DNA of 64,000 nucleotides, taken from contig OZ245003.1 in NCBI GenBank assembly GCA_965223425.1, positions 672,001 through 736,000 of the forward strand. Reading direction: 5' to 3'. The notes below the pieces were generated by a model that had not been told where the DNA came from, searched no databases, and saw nothing but the letters and a program-made list of their open reading frames with translations. Origin of the DNA: Nitrosopumilus sp. (GTDB taxonomy: Archaea; Thermoproteota; Nitrososphaeria; Nitrososphaerales; Nitrosopumilaceae). Shown piece by piece: positions 50,260 to 60,200 of this stretch (within the stretch, counting starts at the first letter, position 1; each line of letters opens with the position of its first letter). A program made the translations under genes and the position numbers.

Positions 50260-50598
50260 TGCTGTGTTGCACAACCAAACAATTATTCAGTCTACACTAG
50301 ACAATGATTCATTGTTCATCAAACACCTGCAAACAAATATACAGCAACGCCTTGATTTCCAGTTTCTTTACCGTGCTTTCAGGATACACAAATGACTTTC
50401 CTTCCTTTCTGCCATTCATTGATTCTAGCTCTTCTTGCCACGAGTCAATGACATCCCATGACATGATCAGCTCGCCTCGGATTACAGGGAAGCGACTGAT
50501 TGTTTTCCAGTTTCTAACCATGAGAAATGAAATAATTCTCTCATCTGTTGCTTGTTGGTGCAAAAAATTGGATCAGATGGCTGTTATGAAACACAGCA
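50260..50598 (-). mobile_element. Internally deleted IS5 (IS903-like) element / MITE
   Basis: Inverted termini GCTGTGTTGCACAAC vs GCTGTGTTTCATAAC (13/15); encodes the transposase N-terminal fragment RNWK...RGELIMSWDVIDSWQEELESMNGRKEGKSFVYPES. Confidence 0.72.
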
Positions 50599-50644
50599 AC
50601 TATGACAACAAACTGGTAAAATAAAACCAACAAAAAATCCTAAC

Positions 50645-50751
50645 ACATAGACAAATAAAAAGATGGTGAACCACTCCATTGCACCATATGCATAAGTTAT
50701 TGGTGTGTTGCCCAAAACATAGACAAATAAAAAGATGGTGAACCACTCCAT
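50645..50751. repeat. Two identical 35-bp direct repeats separated by 37 bp
   Basis: ACATAGACAAATAAAAAGATGGTGAACCACTCCAT at 50645 and 50717. Confidence 0.9.
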
Positions 50752-50967
50752 CTTGTCAATTCCCTGATGGCCATGATCCCAATCTGCATTTTATCAGAAT
50801 GTTTGACAACTTCTTCAGTGCCATCTTGGAAGACTGAGTCTAACAGTTCATAGAATGGAGTAATTATGAAGTTTGATTCTTTTTTATCTTGACAATGGCA
50901 TTGCCTAACTGTTTTTATTGACGTGTTATTTACAGATAAATACCGATCTGTCATAACTTCTTTAGAA

Positions 50968-51654
50968 ATGGCCGATGTTACAGTGGTAAGATATTCCTTT
51001 GAAGGCGAAAAATTTGAACTTTTGGTAAAGCCTGACCCCGCACTGGATTACAAGCTGGGAAAGAAAAAGGAGATTTCGTCAGTTTTGGTTTCAGAAGACA
51101 TTTACACTGATTCAGGAAAAGGCACAAAGCCTCCAACTGAAAAATTACTCAAAGCCTTCAAAACTGAAGACCTAACTGAGATTGCTCAGATAATTATGCA
51201 AAAAGGTGATCTGAATCTTACAACTGATCAAAGACGAAAAATGATTGATGACAAGAAAAAACAGATTGTAGGGTTCATTGCAAAGACATACGTAGATCCT
51301 AAAACCCACTTGCCCCATCCTCTGCTAAGGGTTGAGCAAGCTATGAAAGATGCGCGGGTTTCAGTAGAACCTCAGAAAGGTGTAGAGGAGCAAGTAAAAG
51401 ATATCGTTGAAAAATTGCGTTCAATAATTGCTTTAAAGTCTGAGAACCTGCAACTGGAAATTGTTGTTCCTGCACAATTTGCATCCCAATCATACTCTGT
51501 TCTCAAATCAGTAGGATTCCTAAAAAAAGAAGAATGGCAAAATAATGGTTCCCTAAAAGCAATACTTGAAATACCTGCTGCGGCAAGGCCAAACGTGATA
51601 GACAGATTAGGCTCTATAACCAAAGGCTCTGCTACAGTTGAGGTAATGCAGTAA
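50968..51654 (+). CDS. Ribosome maturation factor SBDS/Sdo1
   Basis: GEKFELLVKP...LNLTTDQRRKM...DPKTHLPHP; leads the exosome operon. Confidence 0.93.
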   Translation: MADVTVVRYSFEGEKFELLVKPDPALDYKLGKKKEISSVLVSEDIYTDSGKGTKPPTEKLLKAFKTEDLTEIAQIIMQKGDLNLTTDQRRKMIDDKKKQIVGFIAKTYVDPKTHLPHPLLRVEQAMKDARVSVEPQKGVEEQVKDIVEKLRSIIALKSENLQLEIVVPAQFASQSYSVLKSVGFLKKEEWQNNGSLKAILEIPAAARPNVIDRLGSITKGSATVEVMQ

Positions 51655-52334
51655 TGGAAAACAAGCGAAAATACGTTATTCCCGGTGACTTGGTAACTTC
51701 AGAACCCTTTAGACCTGAACAAAATGTAATACTTGATGGAAACAAGATAATCTCCACAACTGTAGGAATTTCTGAAATTTACGATGACTCTGTTCGCGTC
51801 ATCCCATTAACTGGAAAGTACATTCCAAAAATCAACGATCTTGTAATTGGCAAGGTCATCTCCCATACTTCCCTGTCATGGGAATTAGATATCAATTCGT
51901 GCTATGTTGGATTCCTACCCGCACAAGATGTCTTTGGACGAGACTTTTCTGCCCATGCTGATGAGCTTACTTCAAAACTAAAATCAGGAGATCTTGTTGC
52001 TGCAAGAATTGCTAATTTTGATAGAACAAGGGATCCGCTTGTAACAATATCTGATAGAGACTTGGGGAAAATTGACTCTGGAGCACTAGTTATAATCTCT
52101 CCAAGCAAGGTTCCGCGCCTAATTGGAAAGAGAGGCACAATGATTCAGGCAATTGAGATGGCAACAAATGCCGCAATTACCATTGGACAAAACGGCTGGA
52201 TAGTAGTTTCATGCGAGTCTCCCGAGGGATTATTAAAGGCCAAAAAAGCAATTCAGATTGTCGATGAGAAAGCACACATTGCAAATTTGACTGATCAAGT
52301 GAAAGAAATGTTAGAATCAAAAGGTGAATCATAA
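51654..52334 (+). CDS. rrp4: Exosome RNA-binding subunit Rrp4
   Basis: VIPGD, YIPKINDLVIG, PSKVPRLIGKRG, IGQNG. Confidence 0.93.
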   Translation: MENKRKYVIPGDLVTSEPFRPEQNVILDGNKIISTTVGISEIYDDSVRVIPLTGKYIPKINDLVIGKVISHTSLSWELDINSCYVGFLPAQDVFGRDFSAHADELTSKLKSGDLVAARIANFDRTRDPLVTISDRDLGKIDSGALVIISPSKVPRLIGKRGTMIQAIEMATNAAITIGQNGWIVVSCESPEGLLKAKKAIQIVDEKAHIANLTDQVKEMLESKGES

Positions 52335-53068
52335 TGGGTGGAAGAGAAGCAACAATGGTCCTTCTGGACGAAAATGGAATCCGTTGTGATGGAAGAAAAG
52401 TCGACGAACCAAGACGTATCATGATTAGAGCTGGCGGGCTAAAAAATGCAGACGGCTCAGCTTACATTGAGTTTGGTGACAATAAAATACTCGTTGGCGT
52501 ATTTGGTCCAAGAGACGTTCATCCAAAACACATGTCAGACACTGACACAGGAATTTTACGCGTTAGATATCACATGGAGCCATTCTCCGTTGGCGAAAGA
52601 AAAAATCCGGCTCCTTCAAGAAGAGAGATTGAAATTTCCAAAGTAATCAAAGAAGCATTAGAGCCTGCAGTTATGTTGGGACAGTTTCCAAGAACCGCAG
52701 TTGATGTATTTATTGAAGTCTTGCAAGCAGATGGCGGCACTAGGTGTGCGGCACTATCTGCAGCTTCTGTTGCCTTGGCCGATGCTGGAATTCCGATGAG
52801 AGATATGGTTGCAGCTTGTGCTGCAGGCAAAGTCGCAGATACCATAGTCCTTGATGTTAACAACGAGGAAGACCAAGCAGGTCAAGCAGACATGCCAATC
52901 GGTTACATGCCAAGTCTTGAAAAAATCACTCTGCTACAATTGGATGGCGTTCTTAGTCCTGAAGAATACAAAAAATGCGTCCAAGTTGGAGTTGATGGAT
53001 GTAAAATTGTCTATGATCTGCAAAAGAAAGCGCTAAACGACAAATACTTTGGGAAAGGAGGCTCTTAG
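52334..53068 (+). CDS. rrp41: Exosome subunit Rrp41
   Basis: DGRKVDEPR, ADGSAY, SRREIEISKVI, QADGGTR. Confidence 0.95.
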   Translation: MGGREATMVLLDENGIRCDGRKVDEPRRIMIRAGGLKNADGSAYIEFGDNKILVGVFGPRDVHPKHMSDTDTGILRVRYHMEPFSVGERKNPAPSRREIEISKVIKEALEPAVMLGQFPRTAVDVFIEVLQADGGTRCAALSAASVALADAGIPMRDMVAACAAGKVADTIVLDVNNEEDQAGQADMPIGYMPSLEKITLLQLDGVLSPEEYKKCVQVGVDGCKIVYDLQKKALNDKYFGKGGS

Positions 53069-53070
53069 AA

Positions 53071-53889
53071 ATGGGTTCGCATTCTGTTATTGATGATTTG
53101 AAAAAAACACAGATTCTTGAACTACTCGAACAAGGAAAAAGAGTAGATGGACGTGCATTAGATGAGACACGCGAGGTAACAATTGAAATTAATGCAATTC
53201 CCAAAGCAAATGGTTCAGCAAGAGTTCGTCTTGGAGACACTGAAGTTGTGTGCGGAATAAAAATCCAACCGGATAGACCCTTCCCAGATATGGGCGACAA
53301 AGGCATCTTCATTTGCACTGCAGAACTGTTGCCGCTTTCCCATCCTACAGTCGAAACCGGACCGCCAGGACCGGCTGTTATTGAATTAGCAAGAGTTGTT
53401 GACAGAGGAATTAGAGAAAGTCACATGGTTGACGTATCACAACTAGTTATTGAAAAAAACAAGTCAGTTGTCGGTGTATTTGCTGACAACGTGGTAGTTG
53501 ACTATGATGGAAACCTCTTTGATGCATGCTCTTATGCCTCTACTGCTGCGTTGCTTTCGTCTAAAACCCCAAAATGGAACTGGGTTGACGATGCTCCCGC
53601 ACTTGCTGAAGGTGAGGAATCTACTGTGCCAACTACAACAATTCCAGTGTCAGTAACCATGGGAAAGATTGGAAATCACATCGTAGTTGATCCAAACGGT
53701 GATGAATGGGACAGTATGGATGCCAGAGTTACAATTACTAGCGATTCGGATGGAAACATCTGTGCCTTACAAAAAGGCGGCACTGATGGATTCACACAAG
53801 AAGAGATTGTTCAATGCGGGGAAATCTCTGTCAGAGTAGGCGCAAAAATAAGAGAAAAACTAAAACAAGCTCAACAGGCAGGCCGATAA
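53071..53889 (+). CDS. rrp42: Exosome subunit Rrp42
   Basis: RVDGRAL, ANGSARVRLG, ELARVVDRGIRES, DGNLFDA. Confidence 0.95.
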   Translation: MGSHSVIDDLKKTQILELLEQGKRVDGRALDETREVTIEINAIPKANGSARVRLGDTEVVCGIKIQPDRPFPDMGDKGIFICTAELLPLSHPTVETGPPGPAVIELARVVDRGIRESHMVDVSQLVIEKNKSVVGVFADNVVVDYDGNLFDACSYASTAALLSSKTPKWNWVDDAPALAEGEESTVPTTTIPVSVTMGKIGNHIVVDPNGDEWDSMDARVTITSDSDGNICALQKGGTDGFTQEEIVQCGEISVRVGAKIREKLKQAQQAGR

Positions 53890-53890
53890 A

Positions 53891-54103
53891 ATGGCAAAAG
53901 CAAAAAAATCCCTCAAAGGACTAGGTGCACGATATGGAATTAAAATTAGAAAACAGTATACCAAAATCCATCTCCAATTAAAAGAGAAAAGAACATGTCC
54001 TGAATGCGGTTCCAAAACGTTTGGTAGGGACGCTGTGGGAATCTGGTCTTGTAAAAAATGCAGCTATAAAGTAGCTGGAACAGCATATGACATTAAGCTT
54101 TAG
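53891..54103 (+). CDS. rpl37ae: 50S ribosomal protein L37Ae
   Basis: GARYGIKIRK, CPECG, GIWSCKKC, VAGTAY. Confidence 0.93.
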   Translation: MAKAKKSLKGLGARYGIKIRKQYTKIHLQLKEKRTCPECGSKTFGRDAVGIWSCKKCSYKVAGTAYDIKL

Positions 54104-54332
54104 TGCAAAAATAACAGTTGATGCCAAAGACAAGACAAAGGCAATTTATGATTCTGTAAATACTGACAATGAGTTTTATCCAGAAAACCCTGCAAAAACT
54201 ACGATAGAATTTGATGAAAAAATCATCATTTCAGTTGAATCCAAACACTTGCCACATTTGAGAGCAAACCTCAACTCTACACTTAGACTAGTCCAGGCCA
54301 GCCATGACTCAATTGAATCGGTAAAGATATAA
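54087..54332 (+). CDS. pcc1: KEOPS complex subunit Pcc1-like
   Basis: LRANLNSTLRLV motif; conserved position before pfdB. Confidence 0.75.
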   Translation: MTLSFSAKITVDAKDKTKAIYDSVNTDNEFYPENPAKTTIEFDEKIIISVESKHLPHLRANLNSTLRLVQASHDSIESVKI

Positions 54333-54355
54333 TGAAACAAAATTTGTGATCATAC

Positions 54356-54745
54356 ATGTCATCCCCACAAATGCCCCCATGGCTACAAGAACGACTGGTG
54401 AAATTACAGCAAACCCAGCAAAACCTGCAATCAATCATGACACAGAGACAACATCTTGATATTGAAAACGCTGAAACAGAAAAAGCTCTTGAAGAACTAA
54501 AGAAAGCAGCCGACGGCGATGCTGTATTCAAACACTCTGGCACTGTCCTGATCAAATCAACAAAAAAAGAGCTAATTGACGAGTTGGAAGAAAAACAAGA
54601 GATGGCAAAAACACGTGCAACTGTTCTTGAAAAGCAGGAAACTCGTGTTAAAACAGATCTTAAAGAACAAGAGGCAAAAATAACTGAAATGATGAAGGGC
54701 GGTTCTGCCAGTCCGCCGCCTGCAGAAGACAATCCCAGAAAATAG
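54356..54745 (+). CDS. pfdB: Prefoldin subunit beta
   Basis: QMPPWLQ...KALEELKK...VFKHSGTVLIK. Confidence 0.92.
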   Translation: MSSPQMPPWLQERLVKLQQTQQNLQSIMTQRQHLDIENAETEKALEELKKAADGDAVFKHSGTVLIKSTKKELIDELEEKQEMAKTRATVLEKQETRVKTDLKEQEAKITEMMKGGSASPPPAEDNPRK

Positions 54746-54796
54746 CCTATCTGCCTTTTCAAACAAGATATTAACAAATCTGTCCAAGTATTATCT

Positions 54797-55483
54797 GTGA
54801 AATTGGAGAATCTTAGAATTATTGTAGATGAGCGAGAGCGAAAAAGTGGAATTCCTGAACTTCTCAAATCAGTTGGATTGAACCTTGAAATGAAAACACT
54901 TCCAGTTGGCGATTATATTGTTGCGCCAGAAACCGTTGTAGAGCGAAAGAGCATTCGTGATCTGGTTTCTTCTGTTTTTGATGGAAGGCTTTTTGATCAG
55001 TGTACCAGGCTAAAAGAACACTTTCAAAATCCCATTGTTTTGATAGAGGGAAACGTTGATGAAATTGAGGAAATTGCTGAGAACCCCTTGATATTTTACG
55101 GAGCTGTCTCTGCTGTTGCCCTGGATTTTAAAATTCCGGTAATTCCCACTCCGAGCGCAACTCATACAGCTAAACTGTTGGTGTCAATGTGTTCCAGAAA
55201 AGATTCCCCAAAGGGGCCTTATCTGAAGAAAATTCGAAAATCCTCTGACTTGGAAAGACAGCAGCTTTCAGTTCTTTGCAGCTTGCCTGGAATTGGAGAA
55301 AAATTTGCAGTTAGAATGCTTGAGAAATTTGGAACGCCGTTCAAAGTTTTCACTGCAACTACTGCTGAACTGGCAAAAGTTGAAGGGTTGGGCAAAGCAC
55401 GGGCAAAGAAAATCAAAAAAATGCTGGACTCTAAAAGTAAATTTCTAAAAAAATCTGATCAAAAGACTTTGCATGATGCGTAG
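54797..55483 (+). CDS. xpf: ERCC4/XPF-family endonuclease
   Basis: VDERE, VGDY...VERKS...DGRLFDQ, HhH LPGIG/VEGLG. Confidence 0.9.
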   Translation: MKLENLRIIVDERERKSGIPELLKSVGLNLEMKTLPVGDYIVAPETVVERKSIRDLVSSVFDGRLFDQCTRLKEHFQNPIVLIEGNVDEIEEIAENPLIFYGAVSAVALDFKIPVIPTPSATHTAKLLVSMCSRKDSPKGPYLKKIRKSSDLERQQLSVLCSLPGIGEKFAVRMLEKFGTPFKVFTATTAELAKVEGLGKARAKKIKKMLDSKSKFLKKSDQKTLHDA

Positions 55484-55990
55484 CTATTCTTCAAGTGGCA
55501 CAGAAGGAGATTCATTTTTGAGCAGTTTTCTTTTTAGCGGCGTTGCGCATATTGGGCATTCTTTCCCACCGGTGTGATTAGCTTTGCATCCCGGGCAATA
55601 ATGAACCCACTTTCCAACGTCTTTTATTCCTTGAGTCATTATCGGTGAAATTTTCAAACCCAGGTTTTTTGCCACATTTAAAATCGCAAAATCGTCACTG
55701 ATTATCTCCCCTTTCATCTCAATGCATAGTGCAATAATCGAAATGTCTTGTCTTGATAGCTGTGGAAAGTCCCCCGTATCCTTGGATGCTGTTATTGCAG
55801 CGTCTGTTGATTCTTTGTCCGGCTCTCTAATCTTCATCCTATTGGTTTCCAGCAGAGTCCCAAGGGCACCGTAATCTTTCTTTATGTGCCTGATTTCGTC
55901 ATAAACGAGGGATGTGGTGTAGCAGTCATTTGATGATCTAAATGGCACGCCCGCATAAAATGCGCTGGCGTCTAAAATCCTAAAATCCAA
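55484..55990 (-). CDS. nob1: Nob1-like PIN-domain endonuclease
   Basis: ILDASAF, TGDFPQLSRQD, SDDFAI, CPGC...CPIC zinc ribbon. Confidence 0.88.
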   Translation of the reverse strand: MDFRILDASAFYAGVPFRSSNDCYTTSLVYDEIRHIKKDYGALGTLLETNRMKIREPDKESTDAAITASKDTGDFPQLSRQDISIIALCIEMKGEIISDDFAILNVAKNLGLKISPIMTQGIKDVGKWVHYCPGCKANHTGGKECPICATPLKRKLLKNESPSVPLEE

Positions 55991-56795
55991 GTTTACTCAT
56001 CTGTCTCAGTCCTCGTTTTTTTAATCTTACAAAGACTGCCGGCTTTTTATATTTTTTAATAATTATCGGTTCTTCAAATCCTGCTGATTTAACCACTTGG
56101 GCGTCCATTACAATGTTGCAGTCATGAGAGCATATAATCTCAACTTTTTCATCTGGAACTACAATTGATTCTAGTCTATACACCGGTGCAACAGGAGTGA
56201 TGATCAGAACATCTAAACTTTCATGTAAGATTGGACCTCCCAATGAAAACGAATGTCCTGTAGACCCGCTAGGTGTCGCAATAATCACTCCGTCCATTTT
56301 CTGTTTTACCGTGTCATTTTGAAATTTGATTTCAATTTCTGCAGTCTTGGTCAGGTTTGTTCTACTAATGTAAATCTCATTTAATGCCGGTGGAAATTCT
56401 TTCCCCCCACAGGATGCAATCACTCTGGTTCTTTTGTCTAGGAAGAACTTGTCTTTTAAAATCTGATTAACTGCATTGTCAAATTCCCCAATAGTTATTT
56501 CAGCTAAAATGCCTCTGTTTCCACCTACGTTGATTGTTAAAATCGGTGTTTCATTTTCCAGGTTTCTAAAGACTCGAAGTGTAGTTCCGTCCCCCCCAAG
56601 TGTGATGACTAGATCAAGCTTTATCTTTTTCAGTTCCTCCAAGGCTTCAATTTTCTTTGCACCTTGCACCTCAATTGGTGAAATTGTATATATTGTTGAT
56701 TTTTTTGCCAAAAGCTTTTTCACAACATCTTTTGCAGCTTTTTCTGAGTCTTTTGACCCGACCTTACTTACTACTGCAACTTTTTGGAGTTTCAA
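55980..56795 (-). CDS. nadK: NAD+ kinase
   Basis: LGGDGT, ALNE, DGVIIATPSGSTGHSFSLGGP. Confidence 0.93.
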   Translation of the reverse strand: MKLQKVAVVSKVGSKDSEKAAKDVVKKLLAKKSTIYTISPIEVQGAKKIEALEELKKIKLDLVITLGGDGTTLRVFRNLENETPILTINVGGNRGILAEITIGEFDNAVNQILKDKFFLDKRTRVIASCGGKEFPPALNEIYISRTNLTKTAEIEIKFQNDTVKQKMDGVIIATPSGSTGHSFSLGGPILHESLDVLIITPVAPVYRLESIVVPDEKVEIICSHDCNIVMDAQVVKSAGFEEPIIIKKYKKPAVFVRLKKRGLRQMSKLGF

Positions 56796-56925
56796 GCAGT
56801 TCTTCTGAATTCTATTTACTTAAAAATGATATTTTTGCCGTAGTGTCTTTGATTGAAAATCGATCAACTGCCTGCCTACAAAGTGGCAAAAATGAGCGGT
56901 TTTCTACCAAAGACACTACGGTTGG

Positions 56926-56941
56926 TTCAGCTAAGCGAAAT
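56926..56941 (+). mobile_element. Orphan IS terminus identical to the ISH3-like left end
   Basis: TTCAGCTAAGCGAAAT identical to 20948-20963. Confidence 0.5.
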
Positions 56942-57210
56942 GTAGCTATAACCGGCAATCCGCGATTCTACAGATTCTGGGCGCGTGTGATTCTTTGTAG
57001 TGGAAGGTTTCTTCTCTTGGTAATCTCTACAAAGTACTTCTGGGAAACTGGAATCTGAAAAAAATACATAAATATCAAAACAAAAGCATCAAGTTGTTGA
57101 TTTACGCCTTTCAGTTATCTGCTTTCAAGAAGCCGTCGTCGCTAGCCGTACTGCGCATCTGTCATTCCTGCAGCAATCCTGCCTTCCCTGCCACAATGTT
57201 GCCTGACATC

Positions 57211-57224
57211 GGGGGGGGGGGGGG
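57211..57224 (+). repeat. G14 homopolymer in the leader of giant gene 2
   Basis: Direct read; 62 nt upstream of the TTG start. Confidence 0.9.
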
Positions 57225-57286
57225 TGGAGGAAGGATCAGCAGCAGTAATGGTATTGGGAGAAGGAGAGGACAGGAGAGTCTGACAG

Positions 57287-60200
57287 TTGCAACGACTGAT
57301 AAAACCGCCGTTTCTTGCAGCAGCAACAACAACAGCAATAGCAATGGCGGCACTTGTTCTTCTGATTCCCCTCTGCATCCCCCCTGCAGATGCCGCAACG
57401 GATGCAACGTCTGTTCCGACAGACTGGAGCCTGATACCCTCGGGCCTTGGCGACGGGGACCAGTTCAGGCTGCTTATCACGACGTCAACCAAACGCAACG
57501 CCGCATCTTCTGACATTGCCGTATATGACACGTACATCCAAAACCTCGTAGCATCAGGCCATGCAGACATACAAGAGCACAGCTCGTCATTCAGGGTGGT
57601 GGGCAGTACCAATGCAGTCGATGCGCGCGACCACACCGGCACCACCTATACCGACGATGACAAGGGCCCCCCAATCTACTGGCTAAAGGGCGCAAAGGTG
57701 GCAGATAACTATCAGGACTTTTACGACGGATCATGGGATGAGGAGAGATCCGGGCGAAACGAGCACGGAAACGAATTACTGTTTGGCTCTTCTGATACAG
57801 TGAATGTGTTTACCGGCTCTAATGATGATGGGACAAAACACGGCAACTCCCTTGGCTCCAGCAGTGTGCACGTTGGAGTCCCAAACAATGATGGTGGAGC
57901 TAGACTTAACCCACTCGGCAACGTTGCCATATCTCTGTCATCAAGTGAGACGCATCCGTTTTACGGCATCTCGCCTGTATTTCAGGTGGGAAGCATAAAT
58001 GCCGTCCCGACTGCGAAAATCAGCGCGCCTGACACCGCAGACGAGGGCACAACTGTAACCCTTGACGGGACTAGCTCTAGTGATGATGACGGCACAATAT
58101 CGTCATACGCGTGGAGCGCCAGCGACGCGTCCGTCGCAATAACAAACTCCTCTCAAAAGACTGCATCATTTACTGCGCCCCAGGTCACAGAGGACACTCC
58201 CCTGGTCATCACGCTGAAGGTGACTGACAACGACGGCGACACTGGCTCTGCACAACACACCGTCACCATTACCAATACCGTGACTGATCCCCCCAGGTTC
58301 GTCTCAGCAGAGCTAGACGAGTCAACGGGTATGCTGAAAATCACATTTGACAAGACGATAGACGCATCCGGCGTCGATGCCACAAAGTTCCACATAAGAG
58401 AGTCCGGATCCGTCACGGGAGGCGTGACCCTGTCTGCACCGGAGCTTGACACTGCCGCTACTACTACTGACGGCACCGCGCTCTCATTTACGCTGACTGG
58501 CCCGAACCGCGACGCAGTCATCGCGCTGGATGACCCGCAACTGGAGATAGGGGAGGGCGCCGTGGCCGACGTCAATGGCACCAGGATAACTGCGGCCTTT
58601 GACATATCGACTGCCAGGTTCGCCGAGTCTTTTGCCTTTCCGCTGACTACAGATAATGCGGCCAATAGCATCTCCTTCTCAAACGACGGCCTGAGGATGT
58701 TCCTGGCAGACGCCAGGCCTGTTAACGTACGCCAGTACGCCCTGCCTGCGGCCTTTGACGTGTCAGGCGCCAGCCTTACCCGCTCTGTTATGCTTTCATT
58801 CAGCAATATTGGCCTATCCGGCCTTACCTTCTCAAACGACGGCCTAAAGATGTTTACGGTAGATATTCTAACTGATCAAGTACGCCAGTACGCCCTGCCT
58901 GCGGCATTTGACGTGTCAGGCGCCAGCCTTACCCGCTCTGATACGCTTGTTAGCGCCATGGGTGACCTTGCCTTCTCAAATGACGGCCTAAGTGTGTTTG
59001 TTCTCCAGGCATTCTCTAGTACTGTAACACGTTACGACCTGTCTGCACCATTTAACATGACAGGCGCCAGCAAAGTCGGCTCCCACACCTTCGGTTTATT
59101 GGGCGTGAGTTCGTATGGCCTTACCTTCTCAAATGACGGCCACAGGATGTTCATAACAAGCCAACGTGATAGTGGTGCCTCTCACCATACCGACACCATG
59201 TACCAGTACGACCTGCCTACAGCATTTGACACGACAGGCGCCAGCCTTGTCGGCACCCTTGGCGTCTCCCCGCAGCCGACGGGCTCAAGAAACACCGCCT
59301 TCTCAAATGACGGCCTTGAGATGTTCCTGCTAGATCGAACCAACAGTACCGTACACCGGTACGACCTGAGGCTGCTCTACGACATAGACAGGGTTCTGCC
59401 ACCGGACATCAACGTTGTTCCAGTCGCCTCCTTTGATGACGGGGACACCGTCAAAGTCGGCAATACAAACAAGACATTTGACGAGCTTAGCCGCCCATAT
59501 GGCATCACCACGGTAAAGATAGGCTCCAGTACCTACTCCCTGGTCGCATCATTTGATGATGACGGCGTCCAGATAATCAACATTACCAATCCCGCAAAAC
59601 CCGTCCCGACCTCCTCCTTTGATGACGGGGACACCGTCACAGCAGTCGACGGGACACCCAGGACATTTGACGAGCTTGACAGCGTACGGGACATCACCAC
59701 GGTAAAGATAGGCTCCAGTACCTACGCTTTGGTCGCATCATCCAGTGACGACGGCGTCCAGCTAGTCAACATTACCAATCCCGCAAAACCCGTCCCGACC
59801 TCCTCCTTTGATGACGGGGACACCGTCAAAGTAGGCAGTACAAACAAGACATTTGACAAGCTTGACGGCGCATATGGCATCACCACGGTAAAGATAGGCA
59901 CCAGTACCTACGCTTTGGTCGCATCATTTGATGATGACGGCGTCCAGATAGTCAACATTACGGATCCCGCAAACCCCGTCCCGACCTCCTCCTTTGGTAA
60001 AGGGGACACCGTCAAAGTAGGCAGTACAAACAAGACATTTGACGAGCTTGACGGCGCATTGGGCATTACCGTAGTGGATATGGGCACCAGTACCTACGCC
60101 TTGGTCACAGCATACAATGACAACGGCGTCCAGATAGTCAACATTACGGATCCCGCAAAACCCGTCCCGGCAGTCTCCTTTGATAAAGGGGACACCGTCG

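Noticed and set aside
50687-50695. TATGCATAA match to the IS5 terminal repeat
   Set aside because: Only 9 bp in AT-rich DNA; compatible with chance
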